This document shows, piece after piece, positions 10,010-19,514 of a DNA stretch of 64,000 nt. The DNA comes from Deltaproteobacteria bacterium. Lineage in GTDB: Bacteria; Myxococcota; Kuafuiibacteriia; Kuafuiibacteriales; Kuafuiibacteriaceae. A program made the position numbers and the translations under genes. The stretch is from assembly GCA_040218735.1 (NCBI GenBank), contig JAVJQW010000040.1, positions 1 to 64,000 on the forward strand, in the 5' to 3' direction. Below the pieces are notes generated by a model. That model was given only the letters and a program-made list of their open reading frames with translations. It ran no database searches and was not told the origin of the DNA. Each line of letters starts with the position of its first letter. The stretch's first letter is position 1.

Positions 10010-10927
10010 TTGAAGATCGAAGAGATGGCCCTGCTCGTTCGGGTCGCCGAGACGGGCTCGATGACGGTCTCAGCCCGGCAGCTCGACCTCACGCCTGCGG
10101 CCGTCAGTGCTGCCATTCGGCGAATCGAGCGAGCGCTCGGCGCCCGGATCTTCGAGCGGACGACGCGCTCGCTCCGTCCGACCGAAGAGGGCTTGGTCAT
10201 CATCGAGGGCTGTCGACACCTGGTCGAGCTGTGGCAACGGACGCTCGACGACGCGCGCGGACAGAGTGCGGAGATCGAAGGCACCGTGCATCTGTCGGCG
10301 CCGGCAGACACGACGTACCAGATCCTCGAAGACCTGGTCGCCGAGCTCTGTACGGTGCACGCGCGTCTTTGCGTCGTGCTCGACACGAGTGATGCCGTTC
10401 AGCACCTCCACCGCGAAGCTATCGACATGGCGATTCGCTACGGCCCGCTGCAAGACAGCACGCTGTCGGCGCGCAAACTGCTCGAGTGTCCCCACGTGCT
10501 GGTCGCCGCACCTTCGTACCTGAGGGCGAACGGCACGCCGCAGCGACCGGACGAACTCGTCGAACATCGCTGCCTCGTTCTGCAGACGTCGGGCGCGCCG
10601 ACGACGTGGCAGCTGCGCAACCAGCACGAAGTTCGAGTGGTCACCGTCGACAGTCCGCTCGTCGGCAACGGCTATCTCGTGCGGCGGTGGGCGCTCGCCG
10701 GAGAAGGAATCGCGTTCAAGAGCCTCTTCGACGTCATCGACGATCTCGAAGCCGGCCGCCTCGTGCAGGTCCTACGCGAGTACGCGAGCGACGTCAGCCC
10801 GATTCACGCGGTGTACCCGAGCCGCCGATTCCAGACCGCACGTGTCCGCGCGCTCCACGCCGCAATCTCGACGCGCTTCAGCGCGCGCGCCGATCGCTGC
10901 GCCGCGTGGATCCAGAAGCGAGGGTGA
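10010..10927 (+). CDS. LysR-family transcriptional regulator
   Basis: HTH GSMTVSARQLDLTPAAVSAAIRRIERALGARIFERTTRSLRPT; IDMAIRYG, AAPSYL..G.P; divergent from the MDR gene. Confidence 0.93.
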   Translation: MKIEEMALLVRVAETGSMTVSARQLDLTPAAVSAAIRRIERALGARIFERTTRSLRPTEEGLVIIEGCRHLVELWQRTLDDARGQSAEIEGTVHLSAPADTTYQILEDLVAELCTVHARLCVVLDTSDAVQHLHREAIDMAIRYGPLQDSTLSARKLLECPHVLVAAPSYLRANGTPQRPDELVEHRCLVLQTSGAPTTWQLRNQHEVRVVTVDSPLVGNGYLVRRWALAGEGIAFKSLFDVIDDLEAGRLVQVLREYASDVSPIHAVYPSRRFQTARVRALHAAISTRFSARADRCAAWIQKRG

Positions 10928-10989
10928 TTGGCGTCGGACGCACCTGGGGCGTGGAGCCGGAGCTGCGCCACAGCCAAATTGCGGCGGGC

Positions 10990-11114
10990 GAGGGCATCTC
11001 GGAGCAGCGACTGCCGTCGGCGATCACAACGCTTCCCAGTTCAGTCGCGAGTTCCGTCGAAAGTTCGGAACGTCCCCGCGCGAGTGGGCACGCGGAACTC
11101 GGGTCCACACGTAG
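10990..11114 (+). pseudogene. C-terminal remnant of an AraC-family regulator
   Basis: AATAVGDHNASQFSREFRRKFGTSPREW is the second AraC HTH signature; no intact upstream portion. Confidence 0.7.
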
Positions 11115-11124
11115 CGCCGCAGCG

Positions 11125-11156
11125 AGTTGAAGCACCTCGCGTTCCGGGAGATCCTC
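11125..11156 (+). repeat. Dispersed repeat, copy 3
   Basis: AGTTGAAGCACCTCGCGTTCCGGGAGATCCTC; 27/32 identical to 5987..6018. Confidence 0.7.
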
Positions 11157-11227
11157 CGGGGACCCGTACTTGTCGGGTGCGTCGAGTGGTTCTTTCAGGA
11201 ACGAGGCCGCGCAGCTTCGGCGGCGCG

Positions 11228-12535
11228 ATGATCGGCGCGGTCGCGGGGCTGCTCGTGGCCTGCAGCGCGACCGACGAGGTGTTCGTCGAGGTGCCCGCGG
11301 GCGTCGACCGGGTCGCTGTCTTCGAGCTCGTGCGCGGGGCGACCTTCCTCGGGGAGGGCACCGTTGTGACGGCGTCGGTGCTTCGGCCGGTCGACGAGGC
11401 GATCTTCGTGGAGGACCCCGAAGGCGCCGTCGTCGTGGTGGGCTACGGCGACGCACAGCTCGCCGACTACGCCGCGTCGTCGCTCGGGGCGACCGTTCGA
11501 TGGGCCGACGAAGGTGACGTGGTCGCGCTCCCGGAGCCCGCCTGGAGCGTGCGCGTCGACGGCGCCGAGCAGCGCTTCGACGCCGAGCTCCCACCGCTGT
11601 TCCTGCCCGCGCCGGAGCGACGCGCCGGGGGGTGGGCGTACGTCGCGAATCAGTACGGGAGCGTCGGGCCGCGTTTCCGCTATGGCATGACCTACGACCC
11701 TGTTCGGGATCGCGTCGTGTTGTTCGGCGGGGACAACAACAACACGACGACTCGGCTCAGCGACACGTGGATCTTCACGGATCGATGGCGCGCGGTCACC
11801 GCCACGACTGGCCCCTCCGAACGGTCCCTCGGTCAGCTCGCCTACGATCCCGCGGGCGGTCGCGTCCTCCTCTACGGTGGGTTCGGCGCGACCTCGGGCA
11901 GCCTCGCGGACACGTGGGCGTTCGACGACGGCTGGACGCGGCTCGAGCAGAACTCGGCCCCGGGGCGGCGCAGCGGCCACCGCATGGTGCTCGACGAACG
12001 GACGGGCCAGGTCGTCCTGTTCGGGGGTGTCTCCCAGGAAGTGACGACCGCCGAGACCTGGGTCTTCGACACCGACGGCTGGCGGGCGCTCCAGACGCCG
12101 CGCGCACCACCGGGGCGGCGGGACTTCGGGATGATCTACCACCCCGAGCGGTCCTCGATCCTGATCGTCGGGGGCGCCGACGAATACCAGGCGCGTGTGT
12201 TCGAGGACGCCTGGGAGCTCACGGAGTCCGGGTGGCGCCGCGCCGAAGCGTTCGACCTCGACTTCGGCCGGCGGTCCTTTGCGCTCGCGTGGGATCCAGA
12301 GCGCGCGCAGCTCGTCCTGCACGGCGGCTGGGACGGCACGACGTCGTTCGACGACACCTTGCTGCACGACGGTACGACGTGGCGGACGGCGCGGTTCGAA
12401 CAGGAGCTCTCCCAGCGGCGACGCCACCGGGCGGTCTACGTTCCGAGGATCGGCGCGGTGCTCACGGTCGGCGGGGAGTCGGGCTTCACCACGACGCCGA
12501 ACGACGTCCACGAATTTCGACCCCAATCGCTTTGA
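11228..12535 (+). CDS. Kelch-repeat beta-propeller lipoprotein
   Basis: MIGAVAGLLVAC lipobox; repeated YDP..RVVLFGG..DTW..W units. Confidence 0.85.
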   Translation: MIGAVAGLLVACSATDEVFVEVPAGVDRVAVFELVRGATFLGEGTVVTASVLRPVDEAIFVEDPEGAVVVVGYGDAQLADYAASSLGATVRWADEGDVVALPEPAWSVRVDGAEQRFDAELPPLFLPAPERRAGGWAYVANQYGSVGPRFRYGMTYDPVRDRVVLFGGDNNNTTTRLSDTWIFTDRWRAVTATTGPSERSLGQLAYDPAGGRVLLYGGFGATSGSLADTWAFDDGWTRLEQNSAPGRRSGHRMVLDERTGQVVLFGGVSQEVTTAETWVFDTDGWRALQTPRAPPGRRDFGMIYHPERSSILIVGGADEYQARVFEDAWELTESGWRRAEAFDLDFGRRSFALAWDPERAQLVLHGGWDGTTSFDDTLLHDGTTWRTARFEQELSQRRRHRAVYVPRIGAVLTVGGESGFTTTPNDVHEFRPQSL

Positions 12536-12815
12536 GCTCGCCCCGCGCCGCGTAGGCGCCGTTTCGCGATGAGGGTTTGATTTCTATGAGTGCCTCTGTG
12601 TTTTTTGAACAAAAACCAGCCAAGGTTATAGGCGTATTTTTGATGGGTCGTCCCCAGTTTTTATCGTAGCTGGCGCGCATGTCGATTGCACTTGCGTTGG
12701 GCTGAAAGTGCCGAAATTGCATCAGAAACAGCGGTTTCTTGCGGTTTCGGTAACTCGGTTCACCGGCTCGCCTCGACGGCTCCTTCTAAGCGATCGGGGT
12801 GCCGAGTTTTTGGTT

Positions 12816-12831
12816 TGGCATCGCAGTTGCT
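12816..12831 (+). promoter_or_regulatory. Sigma54 (-24/-12) promoter
   Basis: TGGCATCGCAGTTGCT has exact GG-N10-GC spacing; the G of the -12 GC is 15 nt before ATG 12844; A/T-rich upstream region. Confidence 0.75.
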
Positions 12832-12843
12832 GAATCGTTTTCC

Positions 12844-14607
12844 ATGCGAATCACCGACCCCACCCGAAACCGAAACAACTTCTCGCGCGTCACGAACAAC
12901 CCCAGCCCCCATCGCCCGGGGAACATCGGCACGAACACCCCCGTTGCCCGGTCGGCAGAGATCGCGACGATCGAAGCGCCCGGCGAAGCGACCGACGAGG
13001 CCTTCACCGAGCGCACCCACGCCGCGAACCCGATCGACCGAGAGGTCGCCGAGGCCAAGCGCGGTGCGCTCCCCGGTGCGAGCGCGGCGGGCATCGGCGC
13101 CAAGGCGGGCAACCCGCTCACCAAGAAGGAAGTGAAGGGCCGCGTCATCGTCAGCGCGACCCAGGGCAACGACGACATCACCGTCACCGCGCGGGCCAAG
13201 GGCGGCGTGACCATCACGAGCGGCGCGCACTCCATCGACCTGTCCTCGCGCGAAGCGAAGCGACTCGAGATCCGCGCGCTCGGCGGCGACGACCGCGTGA
13301 CCATCGCGCCGGACGTCCGCTACGGCATCTTCGTCGACGGCGGCAAAGGCAACGACGAGATCCGCGGCAGCAACGGCAAGAACCGAATCTACGGCGGCGA
13401 CGGAGACGACAAGCTCTACGGCGGCGACGCCATCGACTTCATCGAAGGCGGCAAGGGCAACGACGAGATCCACGGCGGCGCCGGCGACGATCGGATCGGC
13501 GGCGGCGCAGGCGACGACACGATCTACGGCGACGCCGACGACGACCACCTCTTCGGCGACGCCGGCAACGACACGATCGAGGGCGGCGACGACTACGACA
13601 TCATCGAAGGTGGCAAGGGCAACGACGTCATCCGCGGCGGCGGCGACGTCGACATCATCCGCGCCGGGCGCGGAGACGACGAGATTTACGGCGGCGCGGG
13701 CAACGACAAGCTCTACGGCCAGCAAGGCGACGACTACATCGAAGGCCAGGACGGCAACGACACGATGAACGGTGGCAAGGGCATCGACGTCATGTACGGC
13801 CTCGACGGCAACGACTCGCTGAGCGGAGAGGGCGGACGTGACTACCTCGACGGCGGCGAGGGCAACGATGGGATCCGGGGCGGTCGCGGTCGCGACCAGG
13901 TCCTCGGCGGCAAGGGCAAGGACAGACTACGTGGCGACCAGGGCCGCGACGTCCTCGCCGGCGGCAGCGACCAGGACGTCTACTCCGGCGGAAAGGGACG
14001 CGACGTCCTCTACCACCAGTCGGCGGACAAGGATCGATTGAATGGAACGAAGGGCGACACGCGTGTCGACGTCGACATGTCGACGGCGGTCGGCGTCAAC
14101 GTCCGGGTCGCCGGCGACGCGGAGTTCACGGCGCGCGTCGAATCCGACCTCGAGACCTACCGCTCGCTGCCGACGAGCCGCAGCTTGCTCTCGGACATGG
14201 ACGCGACGGGGCGGATCACGAACATCACGCCGACGACGGCCGGCAACTCCGCGCGGTTCACGGGCGGCGGGCTCATGACCGTCGGCAACACGGCGAACGG
14301 TCCGGGCAGCGACGTCAACGTGCGCTACAACCGGAGCAAGACGCGGCTCACCGGCATCAGCGGTTCGTGGGCGAAGCGTCCGCCGTCGGTCGGTCTGTTC
14401 CACGAGCTCGTGCACGCCAAGAACGCCAACGAGGGCTCCATCCCGCGCGGCAACACGGACGGCGTGCCGAACGCGGAGCGCATCGCAGTGGGCGGGCGCC
14501 CGATCGACCACGACAGCAACGCTGCGACGCCGCGGATCGATCCGAACAGCGACAACGAGAACACGTACCGCAAGCAGCTCGGCCTGCCCAAACGCCCCCA
14601 CTACTGA
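12844..14607 (+). CDS. RTX-like Ca-binding repeat protein with C-terminal zinc metallopeptidase (M91/NleD-like)
   Basis: Many GGxGxDxIx nonapeptides; PPSVGLFHELVHA (HExxH), NAERIAVG, NENTYRKQLGLPKRPHY; no signal peptide. Confidence 0.85.
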   Translation: MRITDPTRNRNNFSRVTNNPSPHRPGNIGTNTPVARSAEIATIEAPGEATDEAFTERTHAANPIDREVAEAKRGALPGASAAGIGAKAGNPLTKKEVKGRVIVSATQGNDDITVTARAKGGVTITSGAHSIDLSSREAKRLEIRALGGDDRVTIAPDVRYGIFVDGGKGNDEIRGSNGKNRIYGGDGDDKLYGGDAIDFIEGGKGNDEIHGGAGDDRIGGGAGDDTIYGDADDDHLFGDAGNDTIEGGDDYDIIEGGKGNDVIRGGGDVDIIRAGRGDDEIYGGAGNDKLYGQQGDDYIEGQDGNDTMNGGKGIDVMYGLDGNDSLSGEGGRDYLDGGEGNDGIRGGRGRDQVLGGKGKDRLRGDQGRDVLAGGSDQDVYSGGKGRDVLYHQSADKDRLNGTKGDTRVDVDMSTAVGVNVRVAGDAEFTARVESDLETYRSLPTSRSLLSDMDATGRITNITPTTAGNSARFTGGGLMTVGNTANGPGSDVNVRYNRSKTRLTGISGSWAKRPPSVGLFHELVHAKNANEGSIPRGNTDGVPNAERIAVGGRPIDHDSNAATPRIDPNSDNENTYRKQLGLPKRPHY

Positions 14608-14665
14608 GGCCGAAGCCGCGATCTCCACAACTTCTCCAGGAGCCCTCCAAGTCTCACGGGGTGCG

Positions 14666-15595
14666 ATGGGAGACGGTTGCGGCGTGCAAACCGCCACGTT
14701 CCCACCCTACGCCTTACTGGCGCTCGTCATCACGACGACCGGATGTCCCGAGGACGCCCCGGAGCCCTACACACCGACCGTCCGCGACGGAGGCATCGCG
14801 CGCGATGCCGGGACCGCCCGCGACGGCGGTTCGACCCCGATGGCCTGCGCGCCGGCCAACGCCCAGCTCGTCCGCGGTGACTTCAACGGCGACGGGCTCG
14901 CCAACGTCGCCGACGCGGTCGCCATCGAGGCGCACCTCTTTCGTGCGGGCCCCGCGCCGGTGTGCTCCGAGGCGGCGGACTTCAACCGCGACACTCGCCT
15001 CGAAGCCGACGACGCGACGACGCTGACGACCTGGCTCACGACCGGCGGACAGGTGCTCACTGGGTACCTCCGCGACAGCGCGTGTGACGACATCTCGACG
15101 TACTGGCCGTCGGCCCCCTGCGCGCCGCTCGCCTGGATCTGGCTGGAGCCGAGCGCGGGGGACGCACCGTTGAGCGCCAAGATTCGCATCGCGATCGACC
15201 ACCCCACGGTCGACGTCCAGGGGTGGTCCACATCCATCGGCGCGAGCGGATGCACGATCGACGCGATCACCACCGAAGGCACCGTCGCGGCCGAGGTGTG
15301 GGACGAGCCGCCGGGCTTACGTCACCTCGGCTACAACGCATCACTTCCGGTGGAGCACGGCGCGATCAGCTACGTGATCATGTCGTTCTCGGAGCCGGTC
15401 GTCATCGCCGCCGACTCCACGCCGACACCCGTCCTCGAGCTCTCGGTCTCCGCCACCGCGTGCGGCCGTTGCCAGCTCGGCGTGATCGACGGGCTGAGTT
15501 GGACCGGTGAACCCATCGACAGCGTAATCGTCGCCAACGGCGTCGGCTACCGAACCTCAGGAATGACCACGGAGTTCGACCCATGTTCGCTATGA
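14666..15595 (+). CDS. Lipoprotein with dockerin-like Ca-binding repeats and a cohesin-like beta domain (start may be GTG 14684)
   Basis: LLALVITTTGC lipobox; RGDFNGDGLANVADAVAI..LF and ADFNRDTRLEADDA. Confidence 0.7.
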   Translation: MGDGCGVQTATFPPYALLALVITTTGCPEDAPEPYTPTVRDGGIARDAGTARDGGSTPMACAPANAQLVRGDFNGDGLANVADAVAIEAHLFRAGPAPVCSEAADFNRDTRLEADDATTLTTWLTTGGQVLTGYLRDSACDDISTYWPSAPCAPLAWIWLEPSAGDAPLSAKIRIAIDHPTVDVQGWSTSIGASGCTIDAITTEGTVAAEVWDEPPGLRHLGYNASLPVEHGAISYVIMSFSEPVVIAADSTPTPVLELSVSATACGRCQLGVIDGLSWTGEPIDSVIVANGVGYRTSGMTTEFDPCSL

Positions 15596-17349
15596 GTACT
15601 CGGGCACGTCGTGCCGACCACATCTCTCGATTCGTCCCCGCGCTCGCCGCGACGTTGCTCATCGCCTGCGATCGGGCCCCGGAGCTCGCCGAGCCCCGAG
15701 CGGAGCAGCGCGAAGCTCGGTCGTCGCTCCCGCTCCAGCGCCGCGCCACGACGCAGCTCGGCGGTGGTCTCTCGGTCGACCTCGAACCCATCGAGATCTT
15801 CTCGCATGCGTCACTCGACTTCCTCCGCCGCGAGCCGCCCCAGGGCGTGCGCCGCGTTTGGACCCCGCCGTCCCCCGTCGCAGAGATGGCCGCGCCGCTG
15901 GTCGGAGGGCGGCTGGTGCAGGGCGGCGATGAGCGCCTGCGGGCCGCGCTCGAAGCGCTCCCGCCCGAGCGACGTGCGCTCGGCGTGCGCGGCCTGACCG
16001 CCGATGCGCTCCGGTACGACAACGACGCAAACCGGATCTGCAATGCACCGCTCGTCGACTTCGAGATTCGCGAGGGAGGCCAGACGTTCGAGGCGCGCTA
16101 CGAGGGCTCCTCGCTCTTCTGGCACGGCGAGCCCGCGCCGGACCTCTACGCGTTGTCGTCGACGTGCACCGACGCGCTCCTCGCCACGGGCGGCGCACTC
16201 GATGACGCCGTGAACAACGGGTGCGCTCCCGCCGACGCGGCCGCGCACTTTCAACGCGGCAGCCGGTGCCGCACGTGCCTCGAAGCCGACGGCGACCACG
16301 CAAGGTGCGTTGCGGAGGGGCAGTGCAGGGTCGAGATGGCGCGGTCCGTCGAGACCACGATCGACGGACGCCGCGCGTGGGCCGACGTCGTCCGCGCGCC
16401 GACGCTCGCGTGCGCTCCGAACTACATGACCGAGACGGTCTACCTGACCCGCGACCTCGGCGACGACAACGTCCCTCCCGGGCCCTTCGATCACAAAGTC
16501 ATCGAGCACCTGTGCTTCGAGTTCTGGCACGAGGACTCCGGCCGAACGCGTCTGCACTGCGCGGAGCGGCCTCCCGAGTACATGGGCATCATCCACTTCG
16601 CGATCGCCGATCTACTCATCGCTCGCGTGAAGTGGATCCGACGCCCGGGCGAAGACTCGACGCCTTACTTCCACCGCGTCGCGACGCCGCGATCGATGGA
16701 GATCGACGGCATGACCTTCGTGGGTTCGCCGCTCTACCCGGGCAAGCTCGCGGAGGTCTCCGAGACGCCCGGCTGGGGTTACGAGCCCTACAAGGACCGC
16801 CCCGACGGGAAGAGCCTCGCGCGTGACTACCTCGCGGTGATCGCGTTGAAGACCGCGACGACGATCGACGGCGTTCCGATCAACATCTACAACCGAAACC
16901 TCTGCGACGACGCGGACTGGAAGGGGCCCGACGCGATGGGTCGGTACTTCTGTCCGACCGCGGACCGCGGCCCGGGCGGCCCGCCCGACGTCGACCGATG
17001 GGCCTACGACTGGACGGTCCAAACGCATCGCATCGACCCGCTGGACATCGAGATCTTCCCGCTGGTGACCTTGGGTTCGACGGGGCGCTTCGATCCCAGC
17101 ATCCCCGGCGGTCACGTTCCGCACATTCTGGGTACGGAGTCACTCGCGAACCCGAACTGGGACAACTGCGCGTGGCCGGAGATGTTCACGCCGGACGAGA
17201 TCGCGAACCAGGACGGCGCTGGGTTCGACCCACTCACGTACACGGCGCAAACCTATCGCTTCGGCAAGGATCCGGACCTCGACCTCCGCGCCGTGCTCGC
17301 CACGAACTGGCGACGCGGGTTCTGCTTCGAACCCATCCCGGGTCTTTGA
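15592..17349 (+). CDS. Hypothetical Cys-rich lipoprotein
   Basis: LAATLLIAC lipobox; ATGA overlap with the upstream gene; long ORF with typical codon bias. Confidence 0.75.
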   Translation: MSTRARRADHISRFVPALAATLLIACDRAPELAEPRAEQREARSSLPLQRRATTQLGGGLSVDLEPIEIFSHASLDFLRREPPQGVRRVWTPPSPVAEMAAPLVGGRLVQGGDERLRAALEALPPERRALGVRGLTADALRYDNDANRICNAPLVDFEIREGGQTFEARYEGSSLFWHGEPAPDLYALSSTCTDALLATGGALDDAVNNGCAPADAAAHFQRGSRCRTCLEADGDHARCVAEGQCRVEMARSVETTIDGRRAWADVVRAPTLACAPNYMTETVYLTRDLGDDNVPPGPFDHKVIEHLCFEFWHEDSGRTRLHCAERPPEYMGIIHFAIADLLIARVKWIRRPGEDSTPYFHRVATPRSMEIDGMTFVGSPLYPGKLAEVSETPGWGYEPYKDRPDGKSLARDYLAVIALKTATTIDGVPINIYNRNLCDDADWKGPDAMGRYFCPTADRGPGGPPDVDRWAYDWTVQTHRIDPLDIEIFPLVTLGSTGRFDPSIPGGHVPHILGTESLANPNWDNCAWPEMFTPDEIANQDGAGFDPLTYTAQTYRFGKDPDLDLRAVLATNWRRGFCFEPIPGL

Positions 17350-17431
17350 CTGTTGAACGTCGCGTCGAGGCAGGGGCTGGACGACGCGTACGTGGGCGTC
17401 GGCGGGTGCTCGGCCGAATCCGATCGACGGT

Positions 17432-18718
17432 TCACGGGACTCGGAGCTCCGCCGTCCACAGCTCCGCCGACGCAACGTCGTACAGCACCGTGTTCGGCGG
17501 CAGGAAGAGCATGCCTTCGACGTCACCGCGGGACAGGCGCATCGCGCTGCACTCGGTGCCGCTGTCGGGTTCGATGAAGCCCTGACGACCGTCCGCGCCG
17601 CCGTAGAGGACGCCGCGCGGGTGTGCGATCGCGTGGTCGATGTCGCGGAGGACGCTCTCGAAAGTCAGCACGGGCCGCCACGCGCCTTCGTCGTGCTCGA
17701 GGAGGTAACGAATCGCGTCCTTGTCGACCGCGAGGAGGAAGGTGCGTTCGCGGAGCGCGACCGCGTTCATCACCTTCACGCCGGTGCCGAGCTCTTCACT
17801 CACGGGCTCCAGGGAACGCTCCGTCCCTCGCCATCGCTCGATGAGATGGCGCTCGGACGTCACCAACACGCCGCCGCCCGAGGTCCACGTCACGCGGTAG
17901 CGTCCGCCGGGCACATCGGTCGTACCCAACGGCGTCCACGACCCTCCCGCGTACCGGGCGAGCGCTCCGGCGTCGGTGATCGCGTAGGCCGTGGTTCCGT
18001 CGGGGCCCGTGGCGATGTCGACGACCGGCGCGCCGAGGTGCAACGTCGCGCCGACGCTCAGGCGCTCCGGGTCGTCGAGCCGTCCGACGCGGCCGTCGTC
18101 GAACCCGACGAACGAACCCGCGAAGCGCGAGAGAGGGGAGGTCGAGGTGTCGATGGTCTGAAGGGCGCCGTCCCGGAGCCGGTGCAGCGCGAACCGGTCT
18201 GCGATGCGCACGGACCCGTCGGCGTCCGCAGCCATTCCTACGATGAGCTCGTCGAACGCCACGTCGATGCGCGCGACGACGTAGGTCGGGCAAGAGAACG
18301 CGAGTCCCGGCGCCGCGTCCGCGCTCGGCGTGAACGTCGACCACGCCGAGACCGCACCGCTATCGAAGCGCGCCGACCACGCCGCGTTCGCGGGCGGCAT
18401 TCGAACGTCTCCTTCGTCGAGTGGTCCGGGACGCACGAACAGCTCCGTCGGCGTGCCCGAGAACAGGCGAGCCTCGAGGTTGGCGGCGTCGACCTCGGAG
18501 AGCTGTGTCGCGAGCTGCACGGAGTCGCCCGGCTCCACGACGTAGTGCTCGGTGGTCATCGGCGCGCGCAGCGTGAGGAGCTGCGTGCCCCGATCGAAGT
18601 CCGGCGGCGGGTCGAACTCGATGCGCAGCCGTTCCACGCCGCCGTCGCTACAGCCGAGCGCCAGGACGATCGCTACCGCACCGCGCCGCACGGTGTTCCT
18701 CGTCCGGGGCGTTGGCAC
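17432..18718 (-). CDS. Hypothetical lipoprotein, probable beta-propeller C-terminus
   Basis: AIVLALGC lipobox; repeating beta-strand/GxW pattern. Confidence 0.7.
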   Translation of the reverse strand: MPTPRTRNTVRRGAVAIVLALGCSDGGVERLRIEFDPPPDFDRGTQLLTLRAPMTTEHYVVEPGDSVQLATQLSEVDAANLEARLFSGTPTELFVRPGPLDEGDVRMPPANAAWSARFDSGAVSAWSTFTPSADAAPGLAFSCPTYVVARIDVAFDELIVGMAADADGSVRIADRFALHRLRDGALQTIDTSTSPLSRFAGSFVGFDDGRVGRLDDPERLSVGATLHLGAPVVDIATGPDGTTAYAITDAGALARYAGGSWTPLGTTDVPGGRYRVTWTSGGGVLVTSERHLIERWRGTERSLEPVSEELGTGVKVMNAVALRERTFLLAVDKDAIRYLLEHDEGAWRPVLTFESVLRDIDHAIAHPRGVLYGGADGRQGFIEPDSGTECSAMRLSRGDVEGMLFLPPNTVLYDVASAELWTAELRVP

Positions 18719-19482
18719 AGGTCGAACGAAGTCATCGGGCCGTCATCCGACGCGGCGACGACGGCGACCGTGACCGCGGCGGCGGCGACGACCGCGGCGC
18801 CGATCCCCGCCCACAACCACAAGGACGTTCCGCTCGGTTCCAGCGATACACGCTGCGTGGTCTCCACGCCGGCCAAGATGCGAACCTCCAGGCTCGCGGT
18901 CTCGTGGTCGTCTGCGGCGACCTCCAGGCGATGCGTGCCCGGGAGCAAGAGGACACGCGGAAGATCGAGCGGGGTGTCGTCGATCTTCACCGCCGCGTCG
19001 TCGGGGCTGCGTTCGATGCGCAGCGCGCCGTGCGACGGGTGGCCCGCCGCGTCGAGCGCCGCGCGGAGCTCGTCGACGATCGCGCGACGTGGTGTTCGGG
19101 TGTTGGGATCGATCTCAGCGAAGTGGCGTTCGAGGCGCCGCCCCGCTCGGGTGTCGACGATGTCGACGGCGACGCCGATGTGATCGGCGCGCGCCTCGAC
19201 GATCGCGACCACGACCCGACTGAACACATCCGGGGTGGCTTCGACGATACACGCCAAGTCACCCGCGCATTCGAGGAGGCGGACTCGATCGGGCTCGGCC
19301 AGGACCGTGGCCTCGAGGGAGGGGGTGAAGTCGAAGACCTCCGCCACGTCGACCTCGAGCTCGGCGCCGACCGACCGAATCGCGACCGCGGTCGCCTGCG
19401 GCGCGGAAGCGGCCGACATCGCGGTGAGCGCAGCAAGGAGCACGGCGCGTCGATGCTGCCTGGTGACTCGACTTGGGTCCAT
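18673..19482 (-). CDS. PEGA-domain protein with C-terminal TM helix
   Basis: Signal-like N-terminus; GALRIERSPDDAAVKIDD..LLPGTHRLEV; WLWAGIGAAVVAAAAV. Confidence 0.75.
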   Translation of the reverse strand: MDPSRVTRQHRRAVLLAALTAMSAASAPQATAVAIRSVGAELEVDVAEVFDFTPSLEATVLAEPDRVRLLECAGDLACIVEATPDVFSRVVVAIVEARADHIGVAVDIVDTRAGRRLERHFAEIDPNTRTPRRAIVDELRAALDAAGHPSHGALRIERSPDDAAVKIDDTPLDLPRVLLLPGTHRLEVAADDHETASLEVRILAGVETTQRVSLEPSGTSLWLWAGIGAAVVAAAAVTVAVVAASDDGPMTSFDLCQRPGRGTPCGAVR

Positions 19483-19514
19483 GTACCGTCGCGACGGGCC
19501 ACGGCCCGCCCGTG

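Noticed and set aside
12486-12722. A/T-rich 78-aa minus-strand ORF
   Set aside because: No RBS or recognisable motif, and it overlaps the Kelch gene end; treated as intergenic.
12760-13725. Long Val/Ala-rich antisense ORF (likewise 56464..57528)
   Set aside because: Shadow frame of the GGxGxD repeat genes.
13330-14010. Periodic DNA repeats that might suggest a CRISPR array
   Set aside because: 27-nt coding periodicity of RTX nonapeptides; no constant repeat with unique spacers and no cas genes.
16260-16330. CRTC..H segment as a possible heme c site
   Set aside because: It reads CRTCL, not CxxCH.
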